Source: Clostridia bacterium
GTDB taxonomy: Bacteria > Bacillota > Clostridia > Oscillospirales > CAG-272
Direction of reading: 5' to 3'
DNA: 64,000 bases
Assembly: GCA_017467105.1 (NCBI GenBank)
Contig: JAFTSU010000002.1
Coordinates: 130,481-194,480, forward strand
Shown in pieces: positions 1 to 10,590 of this stretch; within the stretch, counting starts at the first letter, position 1; the number at the start of each line of letters is the position of its first letter. A program made the translations under genes and the position numbers. The notes beneath the pieces are model-generated. The model did no database searches, was not told the origin of the DNA, and saw nothing but the letters and a program-made list of their open reading frames with translations.

Positions 1-1
1 C

Positions 2-1222
<1,221 letters not shown>

Positions 1223-1231
1223 GAGGTGAAT

Positions 1232-3835
1232 ATGGAACACAGTTATAAAAGCACAGATATAGAATTCCCTATGCAAAGAATAGAGGACAGGGATATGGAG
1301 AGAGAGGTAAGGACCTCCTTCATTGAGTATTCAATGAGCGTAATAACCTCCAGAGCCCTACCCGACGTAAGAGACGGTATGAAGCCGGGTCAGAGAAGAA
1401 TTATGTACGCTATGTACGAGGATAATCTGACTCACGACCGCCCCTTCCGTAAATCAGCGACTACAGTAGGTAACGTGCTGGGTAGATATCATCCCCACGG
1501 CGACAGCGCTGTATACGGAACTATGGTAAGAATGGCGCAGGACTTCTCTCTTCGATATCCTCTGATAGAGGGACACGGTAACTTCGGTAACGTAGATGGT
1601 GACGGCGCGGCAGCGTACCGTTACACAGAGGCGAGAATGTCAAAAATCGCCGATTATATGATGGGAGATATCGAGAAAAAGGTAGTTCCCATGACACGAA
1701 ACTTCGATAACACAAGAGACGAGCCTACAGTACTGCCATCAAGATTTCCGAACCTTTTGGTAAACGGATCGGTGGGTATAGCGGTCGGTATGGCTACTAA
1801 TATTCCGCCTCATAATCTTACTGAGGTAATAGACGGAATAGTCTACAGAATAGACAATCCCGAGTGTACGGTTTCGGACCTTATGATGTTTATAAAGGGA
1901 CCCGATTTCCCTACTGCCGCAATTATCTACGGCTCACGCGGTATCAGAGATGCCTATGAGACCGGAAGAGGCAGAGTGTACATCAGAGCAAGAGCAAATA
2001 TAGAGGATGAGCACAGACGCATAATATTTACTGAAATTCCCTATATGGTCAATAAATCCATGCTTATAGAGAGTATGGCAAATCTCGTAAAGGAGAAAAA
2101 GATCGAGGGAATCACCGCGCTTCGCGACGAGTCGGGAAGAGGCGGTATGAGAATCGTCGTAGAGTATAAGAAGGATGCGAACGCAGAAGTAATTCTTAAT
2201 CAGCTTTACAAGTATACTCAACTTCAGGATACCTGCTCTGTAAATATGCTTGTAATAGACGGCGGAGAGCCTAAAACTCTGAATTTGCCAACTATACTTG
2301 ACAAATACATTGATTTTCAGAAGAGTATTATAGAAAAGAGAACTCAGTTTGATCTTGATAAGGCTCTTAAGGAAATGCATATTCTCGAGGGTTACAGAAT
2401 AGCTACGGAGAATATTGACGAGGTAATAGCAATTATTAAGGCAAGTGAGTCTATACCTGCCGCAAAGGAGGCTCTTCAAAATAGATTCGGTCTGTCTGAC
2501 GCTCAGTCGCAGGCGATAGTAGAGATGACTCTCGGTAAGCTTTCCGGACTTGAAAGACAAAAGGTTGAGGAAAGGCTTATGAAGCTGGAGATACTCGTCA
2601 ATGAGTTAAGATCTATTCTCGCTGATGAAAACAAGCTTAAGGATATACTTAAGGGTGAGCTTGAGGAGATAAAGCGTAAGTACGGAGATGAGCGTAAGTC
2701 TGAGTTGACAGAGGCTACCGAGGAGATAGATCTTGAGGATCTTATCGAGCGTCATACCTGCGTTATAACAGTAAGCCATACCGGATATATCAAGCGCCAG
2801 AGAGCAGACGTATATTCCGCTCAGAACAGAGGCGGCAAGGGTATCATCGGTATGACAACCAAGGAAGATGACTTCGTTGAGGACGTAATAGTATCAAACA
2901 GCCACGCGCATCTTATGTTCTTCACCAACAAGGGAAGAGTTTACGCAAAGAAGGCGTACAGAATTCCCGAGGCGGGCAGAACTGCCAAGGGCACTAACCT
3001 TGTTAATATAATTGAGCTTGGTGACGGCGAGTTTGTAACGGCTATTATTCCTATAACCGAATTCTCCGAGGGCGAATATCTCACGATGGTAACTAAATTC
3101 GGTATTATCAAGAGAACTCTCCTTACCGAATTTGAGTATCAGAGAAGAAGCGGTAAGATCGCTATAAATCTGGACGAGGGAGACGAGCTGATCTTCGTAA
3201 GACATACCAAGGGTAACGAAAGCTTGATTCTTGCCACGGGTAAGGGCTTAGCGGTCAGATTTGACGAAAATAACGTTCGCGTAATGGGCAGAGGAGCAAG
3301 AGGCGTTAAGGGTATTACTCTGGCAGATGACGACTTTGTAGTAGGCGTTTGCGTTGTTGACGAAAGCAAGACAATACTTACCGTAACCGAGAAGGGTATG
3401 GGTAAGAGAACCCAATTTGATGACTTCCGTGAGATGAAGCACAGAGGCGGTAAAGGAGTTGCCTGCCATAAGATAAGTGATAAGACAGGTAAGCTTGCTT
3501 CTATCGTGACCGTATCGGACGATGACGATATAATGCTCATAACCAACGAAGGAACTATCATCAGAACGTCTGTATCCGGCATAAACGTTTATTCCAGAAC
3601 CGCGTCCGGCGTAATTATTATGAGACTTGCGGAAGATTCCGTAATAAAGAAGGTCGCAAGACTCGAAAAGCAGGAGGAAATAGACGCTGAGAGTGCGGAG
3701 ATTGAAAAGGAGATCGAGAACACTCCTCTCCCCGAAAAGAAGGAAAACGACGTCTATAATGAATCCGAAGATAATCAACCGGAATTTAAGGACGGTGCTT
3801 TTGAATCTGAAGACGCAGAGTCTGACGGAGAATAA
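1232..3835 (+). CDS. gyrA: DNA gyrase subunit A
   Basis: Active-site region AAAYRYTEARM and beta-pinwheel C-terminal repeats. ATG 1232 is preferred over GTG 1226 because AAGAGG sits at 1221-1226. Acidic C-terminal tail. Confidence 0.97.
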   Translation: MEHSYKSTDIEFPMQRIEDRDMEREVRTSFIEYSMSVITSRALPDVRDGMKPGQRRIMYAMYEDNLTHDRPFRKSATTVGNVLGRYHPHGDSAVYGTMVRMAQDFSLRYPLIEGHGNFGNVDGDGAAAYRYTEARMSKIADYMMGDIEKKVVPMTRNFDNTRDEPTVLPSRFPNLLVNGSVGIAVGMATNIPPHNLTEVIDGIVYRIDNPECTVSDLMMFIKGPDFPTAAIIYGSRGIRDAYETGRGRVYIRARANIEDEHRRIIFTEIPYMVNKSMLIESMANLVKEKKIEGITALRDESGRGGMRIVVEYKKDANAEVILNQLYKYTQLQDTCSVNMLVIDGGEPKTLNLPTILDKYIDFQKSIIEKRTQFDLDKALKEMHILEGYRIATENIDEVIAIIKASESIPAAKEALQNRFGLSDAQSQAIVEMTLGKLSGLERQKVEERLMKLEILVNELRSILADENKLKDILKGELEEIKRKYGDERKSELTEATEEIDLEDLIERHTCVITVSHTGYIKRQRADVYSAQNRGGKGIIGMTTKEDDFVEDVIVSNSHAHLMFFTNKGRVYAKKAYRIPEAGRTAKGTNLVNIIELGDGEFVTAIIPITEFSEGEYLTMVTKFGIIKRTLLTEFEYQRRSGKIAINLDEGDELIFVRHTKGNESLILATGKGLAVRFDENNVRVMGRGARGVKGITLADDDFVVGVCVVDESKTILTVTEKGMGKRTQFDDFREMKHRGGKGVACHKISDKTGKLASIVTVSDDDDIMLITNEGTIIRTSVSGINVYSRTASGVIIMRLAEDSVIKKVARLEKQEEIDAESAEIEKEIENTPLPEKKENDVYNESEDNQPEFKDGAFESEDAESDGE

Positions 3836-3838
3836 GCT

Positions 3839-4501
3839 ATGAGAAGCAAGAAAATAATTTTCACCGCGCTGCTCCTTATAACCCTTATTCTTCCCATACT
3901 TACCTCTTGTGAAAAGGACAGAGAGTATGACGAGGGAGAGGTTATAGCGGCAGCGGAGGGACTTCTCATTAAAGCAAAGCTTATTAACGAGATCTATTAC
4001 GGTAAGGGAATTGAATTTGACGAGCAATCCGGAGTCGGAATATACCGTAGGGCAAAGGAAGACTCACTGAGTAAATTCGGTATATCGTCAATAGACGACC
4101 TTAAAGTTAAAACGCTGGAGGTATTCTCCGACGTGAGAGCGGAGATAATGTTTAATACGGTTCTCAGCTCTATCAAGGACGATAACGTAATAGTACACTA
4201 TCTCAGATATTATCAGCACACGGATGATAGCGGAGAGAGCTACGTTATGGTCAACTCAAGATACGATTATTATCTTAAGGGTGATATTGAGTATCTGAGC
4301 GGCATCACCGTGAAGGACGTCAGGGGTGAGATCATAGTGATAGAGGTTCCCGTTAAGCTCACCAGCGAGAGCGGAAAGATCAAGAATTCTACTATAGAGG
4401 TGGAAATGATCGAGGAGGGTGACGGTTGGAGATTTACCTCTCCCTGCGAGGCGGTTTACAACGAAAGCACCGATATATACGAAGATATAATTAATAAATA
4501 A
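3839..4501 (+). CDS. Putative lipoprotein, function unknown
   Basis: N-terminal signal peptide ending in lipobox LTSC (Cys24). GGAG lies ~10 nt upstream, inside the gyrA 3' end. Confidence 0.7.
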   Translation: MRSKKIIFTALLLITLILPILTSCEKDREYDEGEVIAAAEGLLIKAKLINEIYYGKGIEFDEQSGVGIYRRAKEDSLSKFGISSIDDLKVKTLEVFSDVRAEIMFNTVLSSIKDDNVIVHYLRYYQHTDDSGESYVMVNSRYDYYLKGDIEYLSGITVKDVRGEIIVIEVPVKLTSESGKIKNSTIEVEMIEEGDGWRFTSPCEAVYNESTDIYEDIINK

Positions 4502-4539
4502 AAAATTATAAATCCGCAAAAAGCGGTAGGAGGTTTACC

Positions 4540-5190
4540 ATGACATTCAAGGAAAAACTCGTTATACTTAGAAAGGGCAAGGGTCTCACACAGGACGATT
4601 TCGCCAGTGCAGTAGGCGTATCAAGACAGGCAGTTTACAAGTGGGAATGCGGTCAGTCTTATCCCGAAGTACCCAAGCTTCTCGAAATGAAGCTTCTCTT
4701 CGGTATCTCTCTTGATGATCTGCTTGACGACAGCTACGATATTCCTCTTCCCGAGAAAAAGAAGAAGAGAATATCCAGAAAGACTAAGGAAAAGATCGAG
4801 GAGCACGTAGAAACAGCTACTTCGGATTCAAAAACTCACACTGATCTTATGAGTGAAGTAGCAAAGGTTGCAGTAGCACCCAAGGCAGAGCCCGCTCCTG
4901 CAGCAGCTCCCGCCCCTAAGGCAGCACCTGCACCTGCAGCAGCATCCGCTCCTAAGGCAGCACCTGCGCCTGCAGCAGCTCCCGCTCCTAAGGCAGCACC
5001 TGCGCCTGCAGCAGCACCCGCTCCCAAGGCAGCACCTGCGCCTGCAGCAGCACCCGCTCCCAAGGCAGCACCTGCGCCTGCAGCAGCACCTGCTCCCAAG
5101 GCAGAGCCCGCTCCTGCAGCAACACCTGCATCCAAGGCAGAGCCTGAGAAAAAGGGCGGATTCTTTGGAAGAATATTCGGCAAAAAGTAA
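4540..5190 (+). CDS. XRE-family helix-turn-helix protein with a Pro/Ala/Lys tandem-repeat linker and an amphipathic C-terminal tail
   Basis: N-terminal HTH (LTQDDFASAVGVSRQAVYKWECG), seven 12-aa repeats (APAPKAAPAPAA), C-terminus EKKGGFFGRIFGKK. AGGAGG RBS at 4529-4534. Confidence 0.85.
   Translation: MTFKEKLVILRKGKGLTQDDFASAVGVSRQAVYKWECGQSYPEVPKLLEMKLLFGISLDDLLDDSYDIPLPEKKKKRISRKTKEKIEEHVETATSDSKTHTDLMSEVAKVAVAPKAEPAPAAAPAPKAAPAPAAASAPKAAPAPAAAPAPKAAPAPAAAPAPKAAPAPAAAPAPKAAPAPAAAPAPKAEPAPAATPASKAEPEKKGGFFGRIFGKK
4871..5145 (+). repeat. 36-bp tandem repeat, about 7.5 copies, in frame inside the HTH gene
   Basis: The Lys codon AAG recurs at 4882, 4918, 4954, 4990, 5026, 5062, 5098 and 5134, an exact 36-nt period. 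Units are near-identical. Confidence 0.95.
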
Positions 5191-5381
5191 TCTAAAACGC
5201 TAAAAAAAGTAAAAAATTATTTACATATTTCGATAAAATACGGTATTTAATATCTGAATAATTTTAAATAATCTGACAATACTTTATTAAGCAATCAAGC
5301 AGGGCGATGTATTATTGGCTGACATAGTAACCAATATCTCGCTCTGCTTGAAAAAATATACGGTGTAATAAGGATAAAAGT

Positions 5382-5654
5382 ATGAGGGGTTGTCAGAAAA
5401 AGGTTATTTTTCTAAAAAATACAGGCAGCAGTCTGTTTGATGAGGCTTATTTTATTATAAGTCGCGAGGGTGAAAAGGAAAATATCGGCGAAAATAATAT
5501 GATAGTTGAGGCAAACAGAATAATAGAAAGCCATAAGGATTCAGAGAAGGGGTCCGGTATACCTCTGAGGCACAAGCTTTTTATTTTATTCGGTTTCGTT
5601 TTCGGTTTTATGATCGGTCTCGGATTATGCTTGATTCTATCCGGTAAAGTGTAA
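5382..5654 (+). CDS. Small hypothetical protein with a C-terminal transmembrane helix
   Basis: 90-aa ORF with hydrophobic tail LFILFGFVFGFMIGLGLCLIL. No family recognised, and the RBS is weak. Confidence 0.4.
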   Translation: MRGCQKKVIFLKNTGSSLFDEAYFIISREGEKENIGENNMIVEANRIIESHKDSEKGSGIPLRHKLFILFGFVFGFMIGLGLCLILSGKV

Positions 5655-5797
5655 AAAATCATAACACGTGTAGGAATTTTTTGAACAAAAGAGTTGATTT
5701 ATCTATAAAAATCATATTGTCGAAAATAAAAAAATATAATATCTGTAGTAATAATTAAACTAAGAAAATAAACCTTCAGGGTAGATAACTATAAATT

Positions 5798-7492
5798 ATG
5801 ATTAAAGAAAAGACGAAAAAAGACAGAAATACAAAGCTTCGCATAATTCCGCTTGGCGGACTTGGCGAGGTAGGAAAAAATATGACCGTTATCGAGTACG
5901 GAAATGACATAGTCGTGATCGATTGCGGTATGGGATTTCCCGATAAGGATATGCCGGGTGTAGATCTTGTAATGCCCGATATTTCTTATTTGATAAAAAA
6001 CGCGGAAAAGATAAGAGGCGTTCTGATCACTCACGGTCACGAGGATCATATCGGAGCTGTTCCTTATCTCTTAAGGCAAATAAACGTACCGATCTACGGA
6101 ACCAGACTTTCTCTCGGAATAATAGAGGGTAAGCTTGACGAGGATCCTCCTGAATATTATCCGGAGCTTTACACCGTGGAAGCCGGAGATACTGTAAATC
6201 TAGGAGTATTTAAGGCTGAGTTCGTTCACGTAAATCACTCAATAGCCGATGCCTGTGCCATAGCGCTGAAAACACCTGTTGGAACGGTATTCCATACAGG
6301 AGACTTCAAGCTTGACGTTTCGCCTATCGACGATAAAATGATAGATCTTACAAGAATCGGTGAAATAGGAAAGAGCGGTGTGGAAATATTACTTTGCGAA
6401 TCCACAAACGCAGAGAGAGCAGGCTTTACACCGTCCGAGAGAACGGTAGGATCATCTCTTGAAAGAATATTCGCGCAGTATAGCGATAAGCGACTTATAA
6501 TTGCGACCTTCTCTTCAAACGTTCACAGAGTACAGCAAATAATCAACGCCAGCGCGCGCCACGGCAGAAAGGTGGCAATAATCGGCAGAAGCATGGTCAA
6601 TATAATCGGAGCAGCGCTGGAGCTTGGATATATGGAGCTGCCCGACGGAGTACTTATAGACATATCTGAAATAAAAAAATACCGTCAGAACGAAATAACC
6701 CTTATAACCACAGGCAGCCAGGGTGAGCCTATGTCGGCTCTGTACAGAATAGCCTTTGGCGCTCACGATAAGATAAAGGTTACCTCAAACGACGTGGTAG
6801 TTCTCTCCTCCAGCGCAATTCCCGGTAATGAAAAGCTTGTCGGAAGTATTATAAACGCACTTGTTGAGAGCGGAGTCAAGGTAGTTAACGATTCTACCGA
6901 GGAGATACACGTATCCGGACACGCCTGTCGGGAGGAGCTGAAGCTGATGATGGCTCTGACAAGACCAAAATATTTTATGCCCGTTCACGGCGAGGCGCGT
7001 CATCTTAACGCAAACCGCGAGCTTGCTGAATTTATGGGTATTCCATCAAATAATATTTTCGTATCGGAGATAGGTAAGGTTCTGGAGATAGATAAAAAGA
7101 GCGCGAAATTCTCAGGTACTGTTCCGTCAGGAAACGTTCTGGTTGACGGACTTGGAGTTGGAGATATAGGCAGCGTGGTTCTTCGCGACAGAAAGCATCT
7201 TTCCGAGGATGGACTTGTGATAGTAGCCTTGACTCTGGATAACGAGGGATTTATACTCTCAGGACCTGATATCGTATCAAGAGGCTTCGTATACGTCAAG
7301 GAGTCGGGAGATCTTCTCAGAGAGGCAAGATCTGTTGTAAGCTCAACGGTTGAAAAAATGCTATCCGGTAAGTCGAGAAAAAATAAGGATCTGAACACCG
7401 TGAGAACTCAGATCAAGGAGGATTTAGCAAAGTTTATTTACAAGGAAACCAAGCGCCGACCTATGATACTCTCGGTTATTATGAGTGTGTAA
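5798..7492 (+). CDS. rnj: Ribonuclease J (metallo-beta-lactamase / beta-CASP)
   Basis: HGHEDHIG motif, RIIPLGGLGEVGKNM N-terminus, 564 aa typical of RNase J. Confidence 0.93.
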   Translation: MIKEKTKKDRNTKLRIIPLGGLGEVGKNMTVIEYGNDIVVIDCGMGFPDKDMPGVDLVMPDISYLIKNAEKIRGVLITHGHEDHIGAVPYLLRQINVPIYGTRLSLGIIEGKLDEDPPEYYPELYTVEAGDTVNLGVFKAEFVHVNHSIADACAIALKTPVGTVFHTGDFKLDVSPIDDKMIDLTRIGEIGKSGVEILLCESTNAERAGFTPSERTVGSSLERIFAQYSDKRLIIATFSSNVHRVQQIINASARHGRKVAIIGRSMVNIIGAALELGYMELPDGVLIDISEIKKYRQNEITLITTGSQGEPMSALYRIAFGAHDKIKVTSNDVVVLSSSAIPGNEKLVGSIINALVESGVKVVNDSTEEIHVSGHACREELKLMMALTRPKYFMPVHGEARHLNANRELAEFMGIPSNNIFVSEIGKVLEIDKKSAKFSGTVPSGNVLVDGLGVGDIGSVVLRDRKHLSEDGLVIVALTLDNEGFILSGPDIVSRGFVYVKESGDLLREARSVVSSTVEKMLSGKSRKNKDLNTVRTQIKEDLAKFIYKETKRRPMILSVIMSV

Positions 7493-7530
7493 TTTAATTA
7501 AAGATAATATTATAACTGTTTAACTCAATA

Positions 7531-7580
7531 AAAAAACACCGAATTTGTAAGTTTAAGTTTACAAAAACGGTGTTTTTTAT
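7531..7580. terminator. Bidirectional intrinsic terminator between rnj and the convergent 183-aa gene
   Basis: AAAACACCG...CGGTGTTTT stem with an inner TTTGTAA/TTACAAA stem. A-run upstream and T-run downstream. Confidence 0.75.
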
Positions 7581-7581
7581 T

Positions 7582-8133
7582 TTATATCAAGATATTGTTT
7601 ATCAGAGATAGTAGCTCCGGCATAATGATAATTATACTTGTAAATGCAATGAAATAAAGCAGACAAAGCAGTATTGTATTTATTACGGTAACGGAATTGT
7701 ATGATTCGATTATCCGTGCCGGCTCGAGATTATCCTTAGATATATAAAGCTTTGCGGTTTTATAATCCACTCTTTTTTCTTTATACTTTTTATCCTTGAT
7801 CTTCTCTATATACTCGTCATAGGAAAGCTTCTCCTCCCCAACGACAGAAACCAGCTTTTTCAGCCTTGTCTCTCCTGAAAGCTCCAGCTTTACTAATGGA
7901 GAGGATATCCTCATTTCCTCAAGCGTTCTCGCGCTTTCCTCACTTAACGCCTCGTACCTCAGCAGCTTTTTAACCGTATAAATCAGAAGTCCTCTTTTAA
8001 TATTTGTGATAACGGTTGCCAAGATCAATCCGACGAGCACCACAATTAAGAGCTTATTTATCTCCAGATCGAAGCCTATATTTTCATAGTCGTTCAGATT
8101 GATATTAAGGTATTTATTGAATATATTTGTCAA
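7582..8133 (-). CDS. Hypothetical membrane protein (two predicted TM segments)
   Basis: 183-aa ORF with TTG start, AGGGGAA RBS and TM helices near both ends. No family recognised. Confidence 0.55.
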   Translation of the reverse strand: MTNIFNKYLNINLNDYENIGFDLEINKLLIVVLVGLILATVITNIKRGLLIYTVKKLLRYEALSEESARTLEEMRISSPLVKLELSGETRLKKLVSVVGEEKLSYDEYIEKIKDKKYKEKRVDYKTAKLYISKDNLEPARIIESYNSVTVINTILLCLLYFIAFTSIIIIMPELLSLINNILI

Positions 8134-8280
8134 ATTTTATTTCCCCTTCTCTTTTTAAGTAGGTATATCCCGTGTTAATTCTTTACCGGATAAGTATACC
8201 ACTTTTTTATTCTTTATTCAATGACTTGATATAAACAATCGGTTAATAAATAAAGATAAAAATTAATAGGAAATTAATAA

Positions 8281-9174
8281 TTAAATCTCGTCAAGAAATG
8301 CCTTGCCGCAGATCAGAGTAATAAGATCGTCAAGGTCGTCGTTATCCTCGTAGGAGAGGGTCAGAGTTTTTCTCTTGCCCTTCCCTTCTATCCTTACCTT
8401 TCTGCCAAGATGAGATTGCATACGCAGCTCAAGCTCACGGAAGTAGTCAATGAGAGGAAGCTCCTCTTCCTCGTCTTTATTAGCCTTCTTTGGCTTGTTC
8501 ATACGCTTTACCTCCTCCTCAAGCACTCTGACGGAGAGATCCTCCTCAACGGCGCGCTGAGCCAGAAGTATCATAGAATCGCGGCTTTTAAGTCCGAGAA
8601 TAGTTCTCGCGTGGCCGGAGCTTAATTCCTTTGATGCAACGAGGGTCAGTACCTCGTCGGGAAGATCAAGGAGTCTGAGAGTGTTAGCAATAGCGCTACG
8701 GCTTTTGCCAACCTTAACGGAAAGCTCCTCCTGGGTCATATCAAATTCCTCAGCGAGAGACTTGTATGCCATAGCCTCCTCCAGAGGATTAAGGTCCTCG
8801 CGCTGAAGATTTTCTATAAGTGCGATCTGAGCAGTCTTTCTGTCATCTCTGTCCAGGACGATGGCGGGTATCTCGGTAAGTCCGGCAATCTTCGACGCGC
8901 GGAAGCGGCGCTCGCCCGCAATTATCTGATATCTGCCGTCACCGTATTCTCGGACCAGAATAGGCTGAAGCAAGCCGTTTTCTACTATTGAATCGGCAAG
9001 CTGCTCCAGAGCCTCCTTATCAAAATACTTTCTCGGCTGATCACTCTTGGGATCGACCATAGATATTTTCAGATGGGAGATCTTGTCCTCTGAGTGACTT
9101 ACCTCCTCTGTGATAGCGTTATCGAGAAAAATTGCATCCAGACCTCTGCCAAGTCCGCTGTTTTTCTTTGCCAT
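8281..9174 (-). CDS. parB: Chromosome partitioning protein ParB/Spo0J
   Basis: GERRFRA (CTP-binding box), HTH region SVKVGKSRSAIANTLRLL, GGAGGA RBS upstream. Confidence 0.93.
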   Translation of the reverse strand: MAKKNSGLGRGLDAIFLDNAITEEVSHSEDKISHLKISMVDPKSDQPRKYFDKEALEQLADSIVENGLLQPILVREYGDGRYQIIAGERRFRASKIAGLTEIPAIVLDRDDRKTAQIALIENLQREDLNPLEEAMAYKSLAEEFDMTQEELSVKVGKSRSAIANTLRLLDLPDEVLTLVASKELSSGHARTILGLKSRDSMILLAQRAVEEDLSVRVLEEEVKRMNKPKKANKDEEEELPLIDYFRELELRMQSHLGRKVRIEGKGKRKTLTLSYEDNDDLDDLITLICGKAFLDEI

Positions 9175-9301
9175 TATTGCTGTCCTCCGTAAGACTTATA
9201 AAAATAGAAGCGCCACGAAAAGCGGCGATATTTAACCGGGTTGTGTAAAAATGACGGTGAAATGATCACGTGTAAAAAATATTTTTGAAAAGATAAACGA
9301 C

Positions 9302-9466
9302 TGTGGAAAAGTAAACGTAATATGCGGTTAAGTTTCCACACCTAAGAAAAAACGCAAAAACCCACACCACGTAAGGAAAAATCTAAGGTTTTTAAAAATT
9401 AGAATGTGGAAAATCAACTTCAAACTCACAAGTTTTCCACACTATTCACATTTAAAATGTGGAAAA
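9302..9466. promoter_or_regulatory. DnaA-box cluster in the parB-parA spacer
   Basis: TGTGGAAAA at 9302, 9405 and 9458; TTTTCCACA at 9433; GTTTCCACA at 9332; CTATTCACA at 9442. The first four are one mismatch from TTATCCACA/TGTGGATAA. A further TGTGGGTAA is at 9793-9801. Confidence 0.7.
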
Positions 9467-9825
9467 CTTTCCGACACGCCTTTGTTTTGCTTTAATATAA
9501 AAACTATTAAAGTGGGGCGTAGTTATCAAATTGTTATGTTTTCACACCTGTAAATATATATAATAAACCACATTTATAATTAATTAAATCAAAAAAATAT
9601 CAAAAAACAATAAAAAGTGGGGGGTGATATTTGTGATAATTAAGAAAAATGTTACGTGTATAATGCTGATATTAGTGTTTTTTATGTAAAGACTGTATTT
9701 TTTAACAAAGTGGGGAATTTAACCCTAAATAGATTAAACTAATATGAATAATTAAAGAATAAAATTGATAATTGGTTAAAAAATCAATTCAATGTGGGTA
9801 ACTGTATACAGAACTCAATGTTTTA

Positions 9826-10590
9826 TTAAATACGAAGCATAAGCTCCTTGGCAACAGCCGCGTATTCAAGCGAGCCCTTGCCGTAAGGATCGTGATAGCA
9901 TATAGGCTCGCCATAACCCGGAGCCTCTGAAATACGAACCGTACGGGAGATAGGAACCTTGAAAAGCTTATCCTGATAGTACTTTTTCAGCTCCGCAACC
10001 ACCTGACCCGTAAGGGTGAGTCTGCCGTTGTACATTGTAAGCAGAATTCCCACTATCTGCAGAGACGGGTTGTATAGTGATCTTATCTTTTTTATGGTGT
10101 TCATAAGCTGCGACATACCCTCCAGCGAGTAGAACTCACACTGCATAGGTATAACGACTCCGTCAGATACAGTCAGAGCCTTTACGGTCAGCATTCCCAA
10201 CGACGGTGGGCAGTCGATAAATATGTAGTCAAAATCATCCTTTATGGAGTCGAGCGCGATCTCTGTAAATCTGAGCTTATCGTCCTCAAGGTCATATAGC
10301 TCAAGCTCTGCGCCTGCCAGATCGATAGTAGCGGGAACGACCCAAAGGTTTTTAAAGTTTGATTTAACGATCGTGTCCTTTATATCGCTTCTGCCGATGA
10401 TAACGTCGTAGATGGTGCTTTTAATTTTTGATTTTGATATGCCGAGACCGCTGGTAGCGTTGCCCTGGGGGTCCATATCTATCATCAGCACCTTTTTGCC
10501 TTTATTAGCGATCTGAGCTGATATATTTACGCAAGAGGTGGTCTTGCCAACTCCGCCCTTCTGATTTGAAAAGGAAACGACCTTTGCCAT
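9826..10590 (-). CDS. parA: Chromosome partitioning ATPase ParA/Soj
   Basis: Deviant Walker A KGGVGKTT. ATG 10590 is preferred over TTG 10602 because GGAGG lies 5 nt upstream. Confidence 0.93.
   Translation of the reverse strand: MAKVVSFSNQKGGVGKTTSCVNISAQIANKGKKVLMIDMDPQGNATSGLGISKSKIKSTIYDVIIGRSDIKDTIVKSNFKNLWVVPATIDLAGAELELYDLEDDKLRFTEIALDSIKDDFDYIFIDCPPSLGMLTVKALTVSDGVVIPMQCEFYSLEGMSQLMNTIKKIRSLYNPSLQIVGILLTMYNGRLTLTGQVVAELKKYYQDKLFKVPISRTVRISEAPGYGEPICYHDPYGKGSLEYAAVAKELMLRI

Noticed and set aside
4836-5183. 115-aa Gly/Ala-rich ORF on the minus strand
   Set aside because: It is the reverse complement of the 36-bp Pro/Ala repeat. The plus-strand gene has a clear HTH domain and RBS.
9262-9277. 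TGATCACGTGTAAAA as a sixth parS, and TTTCACGTACGTGAG at ~10640
   Set aside because: The first has four or more mismatches in the flanks, and the second has a 2-bp insertion in the core. Neither can be supported as parS.
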